A stretch of DNA of 64,000 bases from assembly GCA_963805855.1 (NCBI GenBank), contig CAWDVW010000006.1, forward strand, positions 192,001 to 256,000. Reading direction: 5' to 3'. The notes under the pieces are model-generated. The model saw only the letters and a list, made by a program, of their open reading frames with translations. It ran no database searches and was not told the DNA's origin. A program made the position numbers and the translations under genes. Positions 62,018 through 64,000 of the stretch are shown one piece after another (position 1 is the stretch's first letter; every line of letters starts with the position of its first letter). This DNA comes from Candidatus Dadabacteria bacterium (GTDB lineage Bacteria; Desulfobacterota_D; UBA1144; Nemesobacterales; CSP1-2).

Positions 62018-62379
62018 CTGTACTTCTCATAAATATAATCGTTTGGATCAAACAACTCTGAAGCGAGAACCATTAATATCGCGTCAGGGGTAAAATCATG
62101 CATCTGATGCCAATCTTTCGGTTCTAGGAGCAGGCACTTGGAGGGTTTATTCAGCTCAAATATTTCTCTATGAGATCCGTCGTCATTGGAAACAATACAG
62201 CGACCCTGTATGCAAATTGCAGCCTGATAAGTTTTATGATGTCTGTGTCCTCCTCTCACCGAGTTATCTACCCCATAAATATAAAAAATTCGTCTAATAT
62301 CAAAAGGCAATACTTTTTCAATTACGGTTAAATTACCACGCGCATCCGTAAAAGTTTTCAGATCTATCATCTTGGCCAT
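62014..62379 (-). CDS. dTDP-6-deoxy-3,4-keto-hexulose isomerase (FdtA/QdtA cupin)
   Basis: DARGNL..IE..LPF.I.R.FYIY, RGGHRH, WH.M..F.....L.VLAS..FD..DYI. Confidence 0.9.
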   Translation of the reverse strand: MAKMIDLKTFTDARGNLTVIEKVLPFDIRRIFYIYGVDNSVRGGHRHHKTYQAAICIQGRCIVSNDDGSHREIFELNKPSKCLLLEPKDWHQMHDFTPDAILMVLASELFDPNDYIYEKYR

Positions 62380-62390
62380 TTTCTTATTTA

Positions 62391-63613
62391 TTACCTCCTC
62401 TCATGGCACCTTTCTAAATAATATTGCGCGATTGCATCCCAATTGAATCGATCCCTGATCAATTTCAGCGAATGATCGCCCATCTCCTTCATTTTATCGG
62501 GATTATCCAAAAGCTTTTTAACGCACTCCGCCAACTGTTGGGGATTCCTTTCATCATGAAGGTATCCGTTTATCCCATGGAAAATCACCAGATTATTTCC
62601 ACCGACATTGGATGCTATGATCGGTCTACCGCAAGCCATGGCTTCGGGCACAACAACGTTTAACCCATCCGAAGGGAGTCTTTCTGAAGGCATCAAGAAA
62701 ATATCGCATACCGAATAATATCTACTAAGCTCCTGAGGTGGTATTTCACCCACAAAGTGAACATACGATTCCGTGCAATCTCGCCTCAGTATGTCGAGGT
62801 AATCATTCTTGAGCGGCCCGTCTCCAACAACAACCAACCTTACATTTTTATTGTAATTCATTATATATTTTAACGACTGGAATGCCGTGGAAAAACCTTT
62901 TTTAGGAACAAAGCGTCCTATGAGTAACAAAACGATGTCGTCTTCGGATATTTCCAGCGCGCGTCTCAAGTCCGCTCTTTTATTTTCTGAAAAAAAGATT
63001 TTCTTGTCGTCAACCCCGTAAATAACAAGATCAATCTTGTTTTTCTCTATACCTGCACTTACCAGATCCTCTTTCAAATCGGTACTGTTACATGAGAGGT
63101 AATCGGATTTTGCGATCACTTTGGCAAAAATTCTGCCAATCCAACCCAATTTAGTTATGACCGTAACATCAGAACCGGGAAAAGAGGTAAATATCTTTGC
63201 TTGAGAACGCGAAAAAAACGTCCAAGGACAGCGATCAAGGTGTTGGGTACCGCCCAATGTGCATGAATCATATCATATTTATCTTTCCTCAAAAGGATGG
63301 ACAGCCTAATAATGCCAACTATCAACAAAAAGGGCATTAAAAACAAATCTTGAATATTAAACTCCAAATCAGATTTCATTGAATGCCCATACCCTATCGT
63401 ATGCAAGGATGTAATCGGCATATACTTGTAACTTACAATTTTTACTCCCTCACTATCTATTGAGCTGCGGTTAAAATGAATGGAAAAAGGAACAAGGACG
63501 TTTACGTCTCCACCATTTCGAGCATATGCCCTTGCAAGTGATTCGATAAAATTAGACCTCCAGTCTCCTTCGAATCTCGGGTAAGAATGAGTAATGATGC
63601 ATAGTTTAACCAT
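62391..63613 (-). CDS. Glycosyltransferase family 4, split by a frameshift in a T7 run near 63212-63218
   Basis: THSYPR, HAHWA.P in the first ORF; GSDV, GRFV.KKG, VGDGP, EAMACG.PIIAS.VGG in the second. Confidence 0.82.
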
Positions 63614-63723
63614 AGTTCTGATACGACAATCTTATGCCCGTGCAATGAACAAATCAAGGCAGTTAGGAATAAAAAGGGACTATATCATCAATAGGTATTT
63701 GAATATGCGAGTATTACAAAAGA

Positions 63724-64000
63724 CTATTTGTCCAACTCTATCTTTCTCACCCTATATTGCACATCCTCCATCAACCTCCTGTTCACTGCCTGCAAGTCGG
63801 CGAGAAAGGCGACAAGCATAGTCTGAAAGCCTATACCTAGAAAGATTGATGCTAGTATCAGCGATTGGATATGGCCTGCGGATTCATGTGTAAAATATAA
63901 AAATAAAAACCTCAGGCCGATCAAAAATCCAACAAAAAATAAGAGCAACCCAACCGACATAAAAAACCTAAATGGTTTGTAAACAACAAAAATACGAATG
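63724..64000 (-). CDS. C-terminus of a GT2/DPM1-like glycosyltransferase (starts beyond the window)
   Basis: YKP.RFF...G...G.RFL......GHIQSLIL..I....GFQ....AFLADL.AVNR.L.EDVQYR. Confidence 0.7.
   Translation of the reverse strand, partial: IRIFVVYKPFRFFMSVGLLLFFVGFLIGLRFLFLYFTHESAGHIQSLILASIFLGIGFQTMLVAFLADLQAVNRRLMEDVQYRVRKIELDK

Noticed and set aside
206..63821. Numerous 60-190 aa ORFs antisense to or nested within well-supported genes (e.g. 1133-1606, 10360-10935, 23494-24018)
   Set aside because: Shadow ORFs with no motifs or RBS, explained by codon bias of the real gene on the other strand
1..64000. tRNA, rRNA, prophage or intact IS element
   Set aside because: No cloverleaf/T-loop signatures, rRNA-like tracts, phage structural genes, integrase or intact transposase were recognised

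Overview
Bacterial chromosomal segment of moderate-to-low GC. The gene content and the long-form HflX suggest a Desulfobacterota/Dadabacteria-like lineage; this is inference only. The first ~47 kb is mostly housekeeping: an hsp20-dnaJ-merR-DUF1844-hldE cluster, apbC/sufT, ispG, proS, pyrF, clpB, acyl-CoA metabolism genes, hflX, an L,D-transpeptidase, an orphan nuoM, a DUF4175/peptidase/MoxR operon, a twin-PTPS/folE/SDR pterin operon, hemAC and a DnaQ-WYL fusion. Three accessory patches interrupt or follow it. (1) 12.3-14.9 kb: a mazEF-like toxin-antitoxin (TA) pair plus a GC-rich, decayed baeRF3/HPF ribosome-hibernation cassette. (2) 48.5-52.3 kb: hicBA, a small protein plus nucleotidyltransferase pair, and REP-associated tyrosine transposase (RAYT) relics. 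(3) 52.4-64 kb: a surface-glycan island with many frameshifts. Intergenic spaces carry mosaics of several palindromic REP-like repeat families. Notable sequence-level observations are a 36-bp motif shared upstream of hsp20 and clpB, a probable ATA start codon for hflX, and several rearrangement scars. No rRNA, tRNA or CRISPR array was seen. Many frameshifts sit in short homopolymers and may be sequencing artefacts.
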